From Octopus vulgaris (lineage: Eukaryota): a stretch of 64,000 nucleotides of DNA. Shown here in pieces: positions 16,037-30,509 of the stretch (positions are counted from its first letter, which is position 1; each line of letters starts with the position of its first letter). The stretch spans positions 48,360,001 through 48,424,000 of the forward strand of contig OX597835.1 in assembly GCA_951406725.2 (NCBI GenBank), given 5' to 3'. The notes under the pieces are model-generated. The model did not search any database. It was not told where the DNA came from and saw only the letters and a list, made by a program, of their open reading frames with translations. A program made the position numbers and the translations under genes.

Positions 16037-16850
16037 CGTGCGTGTTTTGTGAGGGAGAAGAGAAGAAGTGGGAGAAAAGAGGAGAGAGAAATATATACAG
16101 ATAAATCGAGAAGAATGGATATATAGACATACAGAGAGAGATATGCGTACATGGATGCAAGCAACAATACACACGCGGATGATGACGAAAGATCAAACGG
16201 TGAGACACGAGATGAAAGCCAGAACCATAGAACCGCCATAGAACCACACAACCAAAGAAGCATAGAATAGCATTAAAGAAGGACAGAACCAAGTCAAAAG
16301 ACATAAAAGGAATTATAAAAGATGGACAAGAAACTTAGCGACAGAGATATGGAATGAAGCTGTTTAGCTTTGAGATTGTTCCATGCATATGTCAGAATCT
16401 TGGAATTCTTAATTGTATGACTTGCCAAAATTTATTTGAATCGAAATTCTATCGCTATATTCTTTGACGTCCCCTGCGATATGGTTTCTACTGGCACTTG
16501 ACATATTCTTTGTACCATTTATCCAGTTTCGAAGATGGAGACTCGTTCTCTGATAGGTTCACTTACGCATACACAGTTAATAACCATTCTCTAGAATTGT
16601 AACTAATATTTAAGCTTGTGTGTGTATATATGTATGCATGTGTGTTTGTAAATATGTGTACAAGTATGCATGTATGTATATGTATGCGTATGCTTGTATG
16701 TGTATTTGTATAAGTGCATGGATGTGTGTATATACGCAGGTATCATCGTATGCATATATATATGAAAGGACGTGGGAATGAATACATGTTTTATTCATGT
16801 ATGTATGTTTATGTTCACGTATATATTCAAACATACATACATGTAAGGAA

Positions 16851-16925
<75 letters not shown>

Positions 16926-17086
16926 TGGATGGATGGATGGATGGATGGAATGATGAATGGCTGTGTGCATGCACATATGTATTTATAATCGTGTACATAC
17001 GAAGGTATGCATCCGTTATAAACATACATATATGTATACATCATTATACATATACACGCATACAAACATGTATATTTATATATGCT

Positions 17087-17157
<71 letters not shown>

Positions 17158-17516
17158 GGTGGGGAGCAAACTAATATGCACGGATTTACATCTATATATC
17201 TGCATACATCTATATAAACTTATGTATGTCTATATATGTATTTGTCGATGATCATATGACATGAAAGTCTGTGTGTTACTCTTTACGCAACATCACCATA
17301 AATTAACAATGAAATCCAGTCTTGAATATTGATCACACCAACAACTTTTCAAAATACACTTATACCCCGCCACACTCACTCTTTCCTACTTTCTTCCTTT
17401 CATTCTTTCGTCCTTTCTACTAAGTCGACCTTTTCTTTCCTTTCTCCTTCACTATCTCTCTCTCTTTCTTTATGAGTCACATGCACGTATACATACACAC
17501 AACTATCGAAATGCAC

Positions 17517-17581
<65 letters not shown>

Positions 17582-18284
17582 TGTGTGGGGGTGTCTATGT
17601 GTGTGTGCGTGTGCGTGTGTACATATAAATATATACACATGTATGTATATATATGTATAGATATAGTGTGTGTGTATGCATCTGCATATGTAAAATACAC
17701 TTGAGTGTGTATACACCTCCACTCCACACACATGCACATATATTATTGATAATAATCGACAGTAGTTACCGATTGATATTCAAGGTCCAAGAGTTTTGTT
17801 AATTGGCATTTACTTTGGTAAATGCCGTCGGTGTTGTTCTCTGCGAATCTGTTTCGATGATCCCAAATATAGTTCTTTGGTTTGTCCAGTTAGAGTTGGA
17901 CTAGGGCTACAAAATAGGGGCAATGCATCCCACTTCTTTAGCACTGATTGATTAATATTGCTCTTGATTAACAGTAGATTTCCACGTTGGAACACGTACG
18001 TAGTCTCTCAACTTACTAAGAATAGCAGCCAAAATAATTCCCTCAAATCACTTTTCGCTGTCTTCGTGGAAATGAAAGGCACATCGCATAGAGACACTAT
18101 CAATTAAATGAATGTTGAAGAGTTCACGGTGAGAATTACTTTGAGCATAACTACTGTCCTTATAAAGGGAAGGAAGCTCTGAATTATATATTTTTAGAAA
18201 TGGTAGCATTACTGAAATAACAGTTGGTAAGATCTCGAGTAGAAAACCTGTGATCATAGCTCCTATTTTCAAAAAAGAGTCCGG

Positions 18285-18862
18285 CACGTTGCATAATATA
18301 CTTTTCTATTCTAGGTACAAGGCCTGAAATTCTTGGGGAGGGAGCCAGTCGATTAGATCGACCTCAGTACGCAACTGGTACTTAATTTATCGACCCCAAA
18401 ATGATAAAAGGCAAAGTTTACCTCTGCAGAACTTGAACTCAGAACGTAAATACAGGGGGCTAAACACAGAGAGAACAAACAAGGACAGACAAACGGATTA
18501 AGTCGATTATATCGACCCCAATGCGTAACTGGTACTTATTTAATCGATCCCGAAAGGATGAAAGGCAAAGTCAACCTTGGCGGAATTTGAACTCAGAACG
18601 TAGCGGCAGACGAAATACCGCTGAGCATTTCGCCCAACGTGCTAACGATTCTGCCAGCTCACCGCCTTGCACATTGCATAATATACAGAGATGTTTAGTT
18701 TCAAATATTGGTAATGGGGGCTAATCGATTAAATCGACCCCAGTGCTTAGCTGGTACTTATTTTGTTGATCCGAAATTATGAAAAATGAAGTCGATCCAG
18801 GCGTAATTTGAACTCAGAACGTCAAGACAGACGAAATACCGATTCTGCCAGTTCGCCGCCTT
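18285..18862 (-). mobile_element. cluster of three same-orientation copies of tRNA-like SINE family B
   Basis: Copies at ~18285-18450, 18455-18668 and 18695-18862 share GTTCTGAGTTCAA...AAGTACCAG...GTCGAT. The GGCGGCGAGCTGGCAGAATCG head is present in the latter two. Confidence 0.85.
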
Positions 18863-19095
18863 GGTCATAGAGACAATATTATTAAAATAAAGATCAGGTA
18901 GTTGACGGATGGAAACTCTTTTATCATAACTCTTTTATCATAGGTCTGCTCAATCATAGCTCTGCTCAATCATAGCTGAGACATGCTTAAACAGAAAGCA
19001 ACAACTGTCGAAACAACAACATTGAAAACAAGATCACAAGACATAGAAAAACTCTGTGGTTGGTCCCTGGATCTGCAAGAAATTAACACTCCATA

Positions 19096-20391
19096 CGAGG
19101 GGCGTTCAATAAGTAATGCTTCTGACGCACTTGCAGTTATTTGATCTAGCTGAAATTTTGCATGTACAATTATTTATATCTTTATAGATTAGATTAAGTG
19201 GCAAATTATAGCTCTGGACTAATTGTGGTTTCTGATTTACAAGTGTTTGAACTGAGTCAAGTGTGAAATGGAGCTTGTTGAGTGTCGAGCAGTGATCAGG
19301 GTTTTGTATTTGAAAGAACGCACACCACGGGAGACTTTTGATGAAATGAAAGTAACTTATGGTGATGATGCCCCATCATATGACCTTGTAAAACGCTGGC
19401 ATCGTGAATTCAAACATGGTCGGAACTCTGTGGAAACAGCTCCCAGATCTGGTCGCCCCCTTCTGCCATTGATGAGGCATCTGTCCGTCAAGTTGAGGCT
19501 GCCATTTTGGAAGATCGACGCATAATTATTCGCCAAATAGCCCATGAGGTCAAGATTAGTACCGGGTCTGTGGAAACTATCATTCATGACCATTTGCATA
19601 TGCAAAAGGTGTCTGCCAGATGGATTCCCAGGTTGCCCACATCTTTCCAGAAGCAAGAACGTGTCGATTGCTCGAGGATGAATTTGGAGATGTGCCAAGA
19701 AGATGAGTCAAAATTTTTCAAAAGACTGACGACACAGGATGAAACCTGGGTCCATCACTATGATCCAGAGACCAAAGCCCAGTCAATGCAGTGGACACAC
19801 CGTGACTCACCTCCTCCAAAGAAGGCAAGGGTGCAGCCTTCTGCTGGCAAGGTCATGCTCACAGTCTTCTGGGACCAGGACGGAGTACTGATGACAGATT
19901 TCCTGGCAAAGGGTGCCACAATTACAGGAGCCTATTATGCTTCACTTTTGAGGAAATTAAGAGAAGCTATCAAAATCAAGAGGCGGGGCAAGATCAGCAA
20001 AGGCATCCTCCTCTTGGAGGACAACGCTCCGGTTCACAACTCGCGTGTCGCCAGATCAGAAGCACAGGCGTGCAGCTATGAACTCATCCCCCATCCCCCT
20101 ACTCTCCTGACCTTGCACCCTCTGATTTTCACCTCTTCCCAGCCATGAAGTTGTTTTTGAAAGGAAAGCGTTTCCCAGATGATGCAGCCTCGATTTCTGG
20201 AGTCACGTTGTGGTTGAAGGACCAAGCTGAGGTCTTCTACAAAAACGGTCTTCAGAGCTGCATCAAACGATGTGAGAAATGCGTAACTCTGGGTGGTTCC
20301 TATGTAGAAAAGGTCTAATAAATGTGCCAAGTTTCGTTGCTCTACTGCTATGGGAAGTGGGTCAGGGGCATTACTTATTGAACACCCCTCG
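19096..20391 (+). mobile_element. full-length mariner (DD34D) DNA transposon, 1296 bp
   Basis: TIRs CGAGGGGCGTTCAATAAGTAATGC / GCATTACTTATTGAACACCCCTCG, TA target duplication at 19094-19095 and 20392-20393, internal transposase. Confidence 0.97.
19268..20318 (+). pseudogene. mariner transposase, two frameshifts (350 aa when restored)
   Basis: HTH region RSGRP, WIPRL (WVPHEL-like), DETW, EDNAPVH and YSPDLAPSD with 34-residue spacing, C-terminal EKCVTLGGSYVEK. Frameshifts lie in C5 runs at 19456-19460 and 20095-20099. Confidence 0.95.
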
Positions 20392-21598
20392 TATTTATTC
20401 CCTCAGATCATACACTACCGCCTAACGGTGGCGTGGGCACATAAATGATATAGCGGATATCGGTCGATCGACGACGAGGATTCAACACATTAAATTTCAC
20501 AGTCACGTATATTATCGGTATAATTTTCTCAGAGAATCAGTGAGATAGAATATTTCACAAGACATTTCTTTTTTAATTACAGGTATAATAACAACCGATG
20601 AGGCTTTATGCAGTTTCCGTCTACTCATTTTAACCTAGATATTATGGGAAGACAAGGGACCAAAGAAAATTATATTTGCCCAAGGTGCCAAACACTGAGA
20701 TTGAATCCAAGACCTCGAGGTTTGAAAAACGAACTTCTTAACCACAGTCCTAAGATAAATAAGGGAAGGGGTGGTTACTGCTAAAATTCCTTTGAAGTAT
20801 AGCTCCACTAAATTATGACTGACCTGGTGCTAACCAACAACAGCAACAATAACAACAAAAATGAAAACGAAGCCAGTAAACAACAACAACAACAACAACT
20901 GCTTTCGCAGAGTAAAGTGAAATGGCGAATATTATTCGTATGAATATCCTGCTTTCTGATCAATTTACGCTTGTTGTTTGAACCAAATGCAATTGCATAC
21001 ATCGATATGTATACACACTACACCTCATGTATACATCTTATTCTAGAAGAGATAAGAATCTTAATTCTAGTTTATGCACCTATGGGAATATGTAAGACCA
21101 TATGCTCAACTATAACTACATGTGTGCGTGTGTGTGTATGTATGGACGATGCTGCCAAACCTGTATGTGATTTTGCGTCAGTATGTGTCGGCGTGCGCAG
21201 GTTTCTGTGTGTTTCTGTGTAAATGTGCGTGTGAAGGTAAACGTGCAATCTTTAGTTTTGAAATGTGTATAGATACACTGTACACACTGTAGACATACAA
21301 ATACATACACACTTACATACACACGTATACAATCACACACCACAAAGTTACGTTAGTGTGTAATACGTGTTTGCATATATGTATATATAAATATATATAA
21401 ATATATATACATATATATACACATATGCACAAGCATATATAAAGATATTTGCACACGCACATATATATATGTGTGTACGCGTACATGTGCATATATATGC
21501 ACACACACAAATACGAATGTGTATACATATATGTGTACATGCATATATGCATTTACATTATATAGACACACATATTTGCATATCTATATATGCATAGG

Positions 21599-21629
<31 letters not shown>

Positions 21630-21644
21630 GTATATATATATGTG

Positions 21645-21713
<69 letters not shown>

Positions 21714-21982
21714 ATGTATGTATGTATATATGCAGGTTTTTGCGTGCCGCGCAGTTGCATTTGTCTCTTTGTGATCAAATTCAGCTTCAGCTTAGCAAAT
21801 TGCTTTTGATTGTCTTCCGAGACCGAATACAGAGATCACGGACTAAGCATTTGCAATAAGCTCCATCCTTGTAGAATAATTTACATTTTATACGAGATAC
21901 TTTGCGAAACAGATGATGTCCTTACCAAATACACACAGGACCAGCTAATGGCATTTCAGGCCTTATCTTTAGCAACTCTTAA

Positions 21983-22042
<60 letters not shown>

Positions 22043-22570
22043 TAATAATAATAATAATAATGTTAGTTTCTCATGTGTTAGGAATTAGATGTAACTACGT
22101 GTATCTTATTTGCAGATGTGGATGTCGGAATAACTTTTGTAAAAGTTTTCTACCGTTTCTGTATGCATGGAACTCAAAAGCTTGCGAACTTAGCAGCCAA
22201 GAACGCGAGGTGAATACTTTGTCTTTTCACCACTTAGTAATACAGGAATACAATAGGAATAGCAGCTACGGCGTCCTCACAATTAGTTCCCCTCTAGTTT
22301 CGTAACATAAATGAAGGACACATTAGATAAATATTGCGTATGGTTTAGTGTATTTCAATATAAGACGGGTTGGCTACGGGTGGGAAGCCTTTCATCATAA
22401 GTATGTCTAATGTAGGTTTATCTGAGGAAAACAATATCACACACAGTCAAATGCCGGGTATATTTTCGCTCTTTAAGTTACAAATACTAGCTGCATAAAT
22501 TAAAAGTTTAACTGGATATCATCAATATTATGGATATAATAATAATAATAATAACAACAACAACGACGAC

Positions 22571-22603
<33 letters not shown>

Positions 22604-22605
<2 letters not shown>

Positions 22606-23030
22606 CATTTATTTGTCACAAGGCGAAGGATGAGGGGGACAATACAAAGACAGACATAAAGTATGGGTGTTTAAGAAAATGATAAAAACGAAAGATGAGT
22701 AAACACAAAGAAGCGACATATGCATAGCATACAGAGGTAAGAAAAAATGGCGTGGGGGATAATAGGGATGTGGCCCTCCTGATACAGGAAGGCCTCTAGG
22801 GATAATCGAGAAACCCCTCTGAAATCCTAGGAGTAAGTGCCTTTACGAATTCCTTCTCTCCGACTCACATGTCTACACTTAGAGAGGTACCATCCACTCT
22901 TACCATTTTCGCAACTTTCACCCACCTTCAAATAAACTCATTCGAGGACAGCACTTCCCTCTCCACTCTCAATGAGAGTTCTACCTAAGAGGAATGTATC
23001 TGTCCTCATGCCTTTCAGCCTTGTCCACCA
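22604..23030 (-). mobile_element. 3' end of a Tx1/L1-like non-LTR retrotransposon abutting (ATC)n
   Basis: Decayed minus-strand frame WWTRLKGMRTDTFL..RVEREVLSSNEF..WVKVAKMVRV, then a 3' UTR ending AAATAAATGAAATCATCATC. Clade assigned from recalled similarity only. Confidence 0.55.
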
Positions 23031-23059
23031 ATGCCTTCAAACTTTGTTACAAGAGTAGC

Positions 23060-23228
23060 AATATTAGGGAAGTCGCGATTACATCGACCCCAGTGCTCTT
23101 CTGGTAGCAATTTTTACGAATTAAAAACGATGAATGTCAATTTCGACTTCTACGTTATTTGAAGGACCGCAAGAATTGTTGCTAAGCATTTTATCCTGTG
23201 CGCTAACGACTCTGCCAGCTCGCCGCCA
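23060..23228 (-). mobile_element. SINE family B, decayed
   Basis: GGCGGCGAGCTGGCAGAGTCGTTAGC head on the minus strand; CTGGGGTCGATGTAATCG. Confidence 0.75.
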
Positions 23229-24338
23229 TCAGTGACAACAATGAATAATAATAGCGAGAACAACAACGACGACGACTACGATGATGACGATATTTCTAAT
23301 TTGAAGCTAATCTTCAAATAAGTTGATAATAATATCGCCAAGAATCTATTCTATACAGAACAACTTCTGACTAAAAATTATACAAAATGACTAATAAAAA
23401 AAATTAATATCTATTAACATATATTCAATCTCCTACCCTATAGTTATATATCATGTGAAAGTTATATATATATATAACTGAATGTCAAATATGTCCGTCG
23501 AAATTTCATAAAATAATGTTGCAAACCATTACAATAGTGCACTAAAAGAGGGTGCATTCAAAAGAAAGAATGCAACGTATGCAACATCATAACAATATGA
23601 AAACCATAACAACCAGCATGATATTGTTTGGTTCAGTTTTAATGAATCATCAAATGTTTTCGCGAGTTTCCTTTCAGGATTCATACTCGTTACATGTTAA
23701 AGTTCCCTTTACAATCAATCTTTCTTCTAACTCTTCGATGAACATAACATCAAAATTAGTTATAGTTGTAATCAAAATGAGGCTACTACCAAACCTAGGA
23801 TGAAAGGCATGCATTTCGCATATTCAGAACCGACCCACTCAATTCAACTGCAGTAATATCAACACTATAGAAGTCAAACAATTTATAATTTCATTTCCAT
23901 ACTGTGTGAAGACAACTTCTGTAGATATTGTTTAAAACATAACATTGGCCTTACTGAGAATACTTTTAAGAAAAGTTCTCCGAAGAAAGCCTCTTCGAAA
24001 CTTTTCAGAAATAACAATCAACTTCATTAAGTGAACTAACAGAAACATTGCCTTCAGGGAGGTATTCTACCAGTCGTTAAATAATATTTACACATTTGCT
24101 TCCCAATATGTGCAATGTTTCTGATATATCGCGTTTAATTTTCCATTGTGCTATTCTTTATCCCTCTAATAGTGCTTATGTATGCTCGTGTAATATTATA
24201 GGAGTAAATATCAAATGCTATTTATATTTCTGTTATTAAGTGACACACACATACACGACCCCGCGCCTGCATAAATTCTATCTCTATTTCACCTACACTC
24301 TTTCACTCTCCCTCTTTGTCTATATCCATCTCTCTCCA

Positions 24339-24467
<129 letters not shown>

Positions 24468-25379
24468 ACACACACACACACACAGACACACACACACACA
24501 GAGGCACTTATATTCATGTATGGGCGAGTGTAGGCCTATATCTATTTCTGTTTGTCTTTCTATGTGTGTATATGTTGTATGTATCTGTAAATACGCACTC
24601 ACACGTGTATGTGTGTGTATGTGTGTGCATGTGTGTGCATGTCAATGCCGTATATTCTTGTGCACAGCGAAATCGACTGTGTATCTGTATTGTATTCGGT
24701 GCAAGACGCAGAACGTCTCAACAAAGTCAATCAGTCAAACAGCAAAAATAGACGAAAACACAAACAAAAAAAAAAACAGACATACAAGGAAAAGTAAACA
24801 ACGAAAGAAAGAAAGAAAGAAAGAAAGAAATCACGAAATTGAGAAAAGATCAACAATAAGCAGCATAAGTCACATGTCAAGGAAACCATACAATAATAAA
24901 ATAACAACAACAATAAAAACAACAACAGCAACAATAATACAAACACTGACAGAAATTGTTAACACCACCACCACCACAACCACCACGATCAACAACTACA
25001 ACGTTGACAATGACAACCGCCACCACCACCACCACTACAACTAATAGCAACAACATTAACAAGCAATAAAAGACCGAATTCTTCCAGTTAGTACAACGAA
25101 GGGTGGTCTCTGATGCTATTTATTTATTTATTGTGTTTAGTTTTTAAATTTTATTGTTTTCCCCTCTTTTTTTAATATTTGAACTGGTGTTGAATATCTT
25201 TGTTTTCGGATTATAGTTTGTATTGTACTGGACTTAATATACAAGTGAATGAGATCGTGCTTTAACAAGACACTAATACACAGAGACATACACACGCATA
25301 TATACACATATATGCATATATACTCATGCATATATGTATATGCACTTATATATACATATATTTACATGTATATATATAT

Positions 25380-25448
<69 letters not shown>

Positions 25449-25596
25449 ATATATAATATATATATATACACACACATACGCAAGTCCTCTCATATACACA
25501 TGCATATAAGTACATTTATTCAAGGTCATTTTTATACTTAGTCCTCTATCCCCTTTGTTAACTGTTTCTCTCCTTTTTCTTTCTTTCGTTCTCTCG

Positions 25597-25643
<47 letters not shown>

Positions 25644-26694
25644 TATAAGTGTACGCATATATACGCACGCACGCGCATGCATATACGACAGATTCTTCCG
25701 TCGAAGACGACATGTAAGTGTTCAGCGAGAAAACAGAGAATAAAATACATTCATACATAGACATTGATTTTTTTTTCAGCAAGTGCATAACTGTGCTGTC
25801 CTGCAACAAAATTATATTCTAAAGAAAATTGCAAAGTGCTATTGCACACCATTATTACGTCAGACATTACAGAAAAAAAAAATAACATACCTACCAACAC
25901 ATCTTACATTCTGTATTAAAAACTACGAAAATATATTAATGTAATTCACCATGGAACATTGATATAGAGACATTGGTATAACACGTACAAGGTGACACAA
26001 AACAAGTCGTTTCCCTCATCAAGAAACCTTTATTAAACAAGAAACAGTATTAAGATGAGCTCCAACTGCGTGAAAATGTTCTAGTGCCGTCAAGAATCAG
26101 TCCGAAATAAATTACTGAAGCCAACCGCATAGCAAAGGGAACCGTTGTGTATTTTGGTACATATCATTGAACATTGCAAGTGAAAAACAATACCAGGAAA
26201 AAATCCACGTACGCGAGGTTGTTGTTGGTTTTTCACTATTTAACAATATTATTCGAGGCGCATCTTGTTTTTAAAATGCTCGGTTTTATCACAGTTTAAT
26301 CGTCTCAGTTTGGTTATTACTAGTGATTCACACTTGCATTCAATGATGCAACAGCGTTTGGAATCGCCTTTACTTACCTTACTTTCAACGGGTTTGCATG
26401 GAACTGGTGGTTCGACTTACGCACAGCATGACCGGATCATTGAGAATAACTAGTTAAAGCACAGTGACTTTATTCCACGTAACACAGAGAAGCTCAGCCG
26501 ATTCCAGAACCGAAAGGAATTCTTAAAACGACTCTAAAACTTCGATTGCAGACACGAGTGTATGTGTGTGAGTCTGGTTTTATAAAACATATCGATGGAT
26601 AGAAAAGCAGATATGCATATATACAAGGAGAAGGGATGAGAGAGAGAGAGAGAGAGAAGTAACCAAGAAACCAGCAATATAACCTACCTTGATC

Positions 26695-27045
26695 TTTTAG
26701 CTTTTATTTGCTCCAGTCACTGGAGTGCGGCCATGTCGGGGCACCACCTTGAAGGGTTTTAGCCGAGCAAATGGACCCCAGGACTTATTTCTATGCATGG
26801 TACTAATTCTGTCAGTCTAGTATACCAAAAAGCTAAATCACAAAGATATAAACAAACTGACACCGATAGATAAGCGGGAGGTGGGAATACAAGCACAGAC
26901 AAAAAACACACACGCACGTATATGACGAGCTTCCGCACAGTTGCCGTCCACCGAATTCTCTGAAAGGTCATTGGTCGGACCAGGGCTACAGTAGAAAATA
27001 CCTGCTCAAGGTCCTAGGCAGTGGGACTGAAACCGAAACCAGACA
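26695..27045 (-). mobile_element. SINE family C, decayed, near full length
   Basis: Tail (CCAGTCACTGGAGTGCGGCCATG), body and CTACAGTAGAAAATACCTGCTCAAGG CORE-like box are colinear with 12368-12768. Confidence 0.75.
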
Positions 27046-27544
27046 GCCGTGTCTTTAATAACTGATTTATAATTATTGATTTCAGAATTGGTTTCCAGTT
27101 GCACGAGGAGACACGGTCAACTGACGAAATACATACTAAAGGCAGCAGCGCCTTTCTGATGAAAACTTTATCTCCTTGCCATTAAGAGTTTCTATTTCAT
27201 CCGCCAAGCGATGCTGTAGGGGTAGGCCATTATTCCAGTCCGTCGATATACATCAATCACAGCACATCTGTGCATCCTAAAGAGTTTTGTTTTGTTTTTT
27301 GCATTGATATTGTTTCATCATAACTTAAGATTTTGTTTTAAGATTAACTTATCTGGAAGGATCATACACAAGGCAAATGTCAGTCGCGGAAAACAAGGAA
27401 TTCTGGAAACAAGTCTTTGATGGTGCATGTCTGCAGGTGGCGTGGTAGGTAGGTAGTTAGGTAAAATTGTTTCAAAATATGGCTAATTCTACCACAGCAA
27501 ACAGACTTTACGCTAAGTGCTGTAAAATCTGCGCTCCTCAATAT

Positions 27545-27850
27545 TTGTAGAGACGAAAGCCACCAACATATGATCCACACGTTGATCAAGTTGTCTCTAC
27601 TATAGACCCAGAACAAGCAATGCCGTTTCAGTGAATTTGATACGGAGAAACTCTGTCGCATATAATTGTGCATGGGTGTCTCTGTTTGCACTTCTGCCGC
27701 CATTACTGTTCGACAATGTCTGTTCGCCATAACTTGGTAGTTCAGCAAAGGAGATCAATGTAATGAGAACCAGGCATAGAAACATTAGAAATGAGAAAAG
27801 AGAGGCCATGTATAACCGCAGTCCAACGACTGGAAGATATAAAGATTAAA
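27545..27850 (+). mobile_element. SINE family C, highly decayed
   Basis: TTGATCAAGTTGTCTCTACTATAG, AACTTGGTAGTTCAGCAAAGGAGATC and CCGCAGTCCAACGACTGGAA match family C modules in order. Confidence 0.6.
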
Positions 27851-27971
27851 AAGATGTTTATATATACATTAATAAATTGTAGAGTAGCTAAAAAATTTAG
27901 AAAATTTCTTGTCTACCAGTGGTCTAGCGAGAAGGAAAAACTAGTTAATAGACTATATAGCATTCATATAA

Positions 27972-28132
27972 AAATATAGTGTACATTTAGACACAAAAGA
28001 GATGGCCATAACAGGACATCTGACTCACTAGAAGGAGTAGTTAAACTACTCCTTCTAGTTTAACTACTCCTTCTAGCGGGTCAGATGTCCTGTTATGGAC
28101 ATCTCTTATGTGTTTAAATGTACATTGTATTT
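27972..28132. repeat. near-perfect palindrome (~70-bp arms) with an 18-bp central tandem duplication
   Basis: ATAACAGGACATCTGACTCACTAGAAGGAGTAGTT mirrored by AACTACTCCTTCTAGCGGGTCAGATGTCCTGTTAT. AACTACTCCTTCTAG occurs twice at the centre. Confidence 0.95.
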
Positions 28133-28147
28133 ATATATATATATGTA

Positions 28148-28201
<54 letters not shown>

Positions 28202-28376
28202 AACAAGGTAGGAGCGCACAATACCAGTTAGACCAGTGTAGGCACATGTGAAAATATACATTAATCCATGAGTTTTATATTATGAGAATATATGTGTGAG
28301 TGTGTTTCTGTGCGTATATATATATATATATATATATAAATGTATGTAAGTATATATATGTATATATAGATGTATG

Positions 28377-28476
<100 letters not shown>

Positions 28477-28592
28477 CACACTTTTGTAAAATGTCGACGT
28501 TTTGTGAATGTATTCCTATGAATAGTCTCAATGACAATGAAATGTATATATCAGAACAATGTACGAACATTCCGTATATATACTGTCTATAT

Positions 28593-28648
<56 letters not shown>

Positions 28649-28937
28649 ATGTATATATATATATGTGTGTGTGTAGATATATATATATAAGTCTACGTAT
28701 TTATACCTATATAAACATACATACACGTACATGTATCGCAGAGTCAGTATACAAAAATTTAACTATTTATAAAGTCTCTATTATATACATGTGTTTTTGT
28801 AGAATGAAAAGGACAGCTAGACGATATGAAACATATATGTAATTTTGCGTATACACATACATGTATGTATGTATATGCATGTATGTATGTATGTATATAT
28901 ATATATATGTATATATATGTGTGTGTGTCTGTGTGTG

Positions 28938-28983
<46 letters not shown>

Positions 28984-29132
28984 TACGCACATAGATATGT
29001 GTGCTTGCATATGTGCCTGTGTGTGTGTGAATTAGATGATAGATACGTGGAAAGATTGATATAAACATAACGAATATATATGTGTATATATATTATATAT
29101 ATACATATATATATAAAATATATATATGTGTA

Positions 29133-29172
<40 letters not shown>

Positions 29173-29783
29173 ATACATACATATATATACCCATAATATA
29201 GATACATACGTACATATATGTATATACTTACATACATTTCTCTATGTGTTACTATACACTCGCGTGCGTGTATATGTATCTATGCGTATACGCGTTTTGT
29301 CAGTATCGTGTGAGTGCATATTAACTATTTAGCGTTCTTTTTTTTTTTGTATTTTTCTTCCTTTGTGAAAAAACAAAATGAAAAATACATGAATATATGA
29401 TATATAAATATAAAAAATATAAACGAAGAATCAGCATAAAAATACAAAAAATAACATAAAAATCCTTTGTCAAAGATATGCGCATTTACACGAAAGTTTG
29501 CGTTAGAAAACGAACATAGTCTTTTTCGGAAATCTAATTAGAATAAAAGGGAACAGTGCAAGGAGGTGGCCCCGGAGAGAAAAGCCGTCACTGGTTGCTG
29601 AATGAATCAGTTAAAGTAAAACATATTTACCGTAACAAAGACTTGCCTGCAATGACAAGCAAACAACAGCTAGAATATATATACAAATGTCTGAATGCGC
29701 TTTTATCGAGAATATAACGCCATTTTGTTTTCTCTCTCTCTGTACATATACATACATATATGTATGTATATGTGTGTGTTTGT

Positions 29784-29817
<34 letters not shown>

Positions 29818-30250
29818 TTTCTTTTCTATTATTTTCTTCAGTATTATTATCTATTTATATTTTTATGGGAATTATGTTGAAATATATTTTTCCTCAAAGT
29901 ATATGTGTGAGGCTTTATATACATTTTATTTTCTGATGGCATTATTTGTATTTTTCAAGATTGTATCATAAAACTGAAGGCATCTTTAGTGTTGTCTTTT
30001 GTCATCAGCGTCGTTTTTGTTATTGTCCTGCTACTGCTGCTGCCGCTGCTGCTGCTGCTGTTGTATTTTTTGAAAATGTTTCTTATTATTTTCTTTCTCT
30101 TAATATTCTGTTTCACTTATAATGTCTTCTGGTTGTATTGTAATGTTTGATATTTGATTCTATTTTAACGATCAGAAACAATTGCAATCACAACTTCGAA
30201 AGGAAATCTCATTCTTGAGTGTTTTAGTTTATGTAAAATAATGTTATTCT

Positions 30251-30307
<57 letters not shown>

Positions 30308-30316
30308 CAGCAACAG

Positions 30317-30348
<32 letters not shown>

Positions 30349-30407
30349 GTAGTTATAATAATTATATTAATAAAGTTCTCAAGTACTTCTTTGTTGTTAT
30401 AACTCTC

Positions 30408-30493
<86 letters not shown>

Positions 30494-30509
30494 CATTATT
30501 ATTATTATG

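Noticed and set aside
27600-27809. 69-aa ORF with a signal-peptide-like N-terminus (MASLFSFLMFLCLVLITLISFA)
   Set aside because: It lies antisense within a decayed family-C SINE; the modules are recognisable in order.
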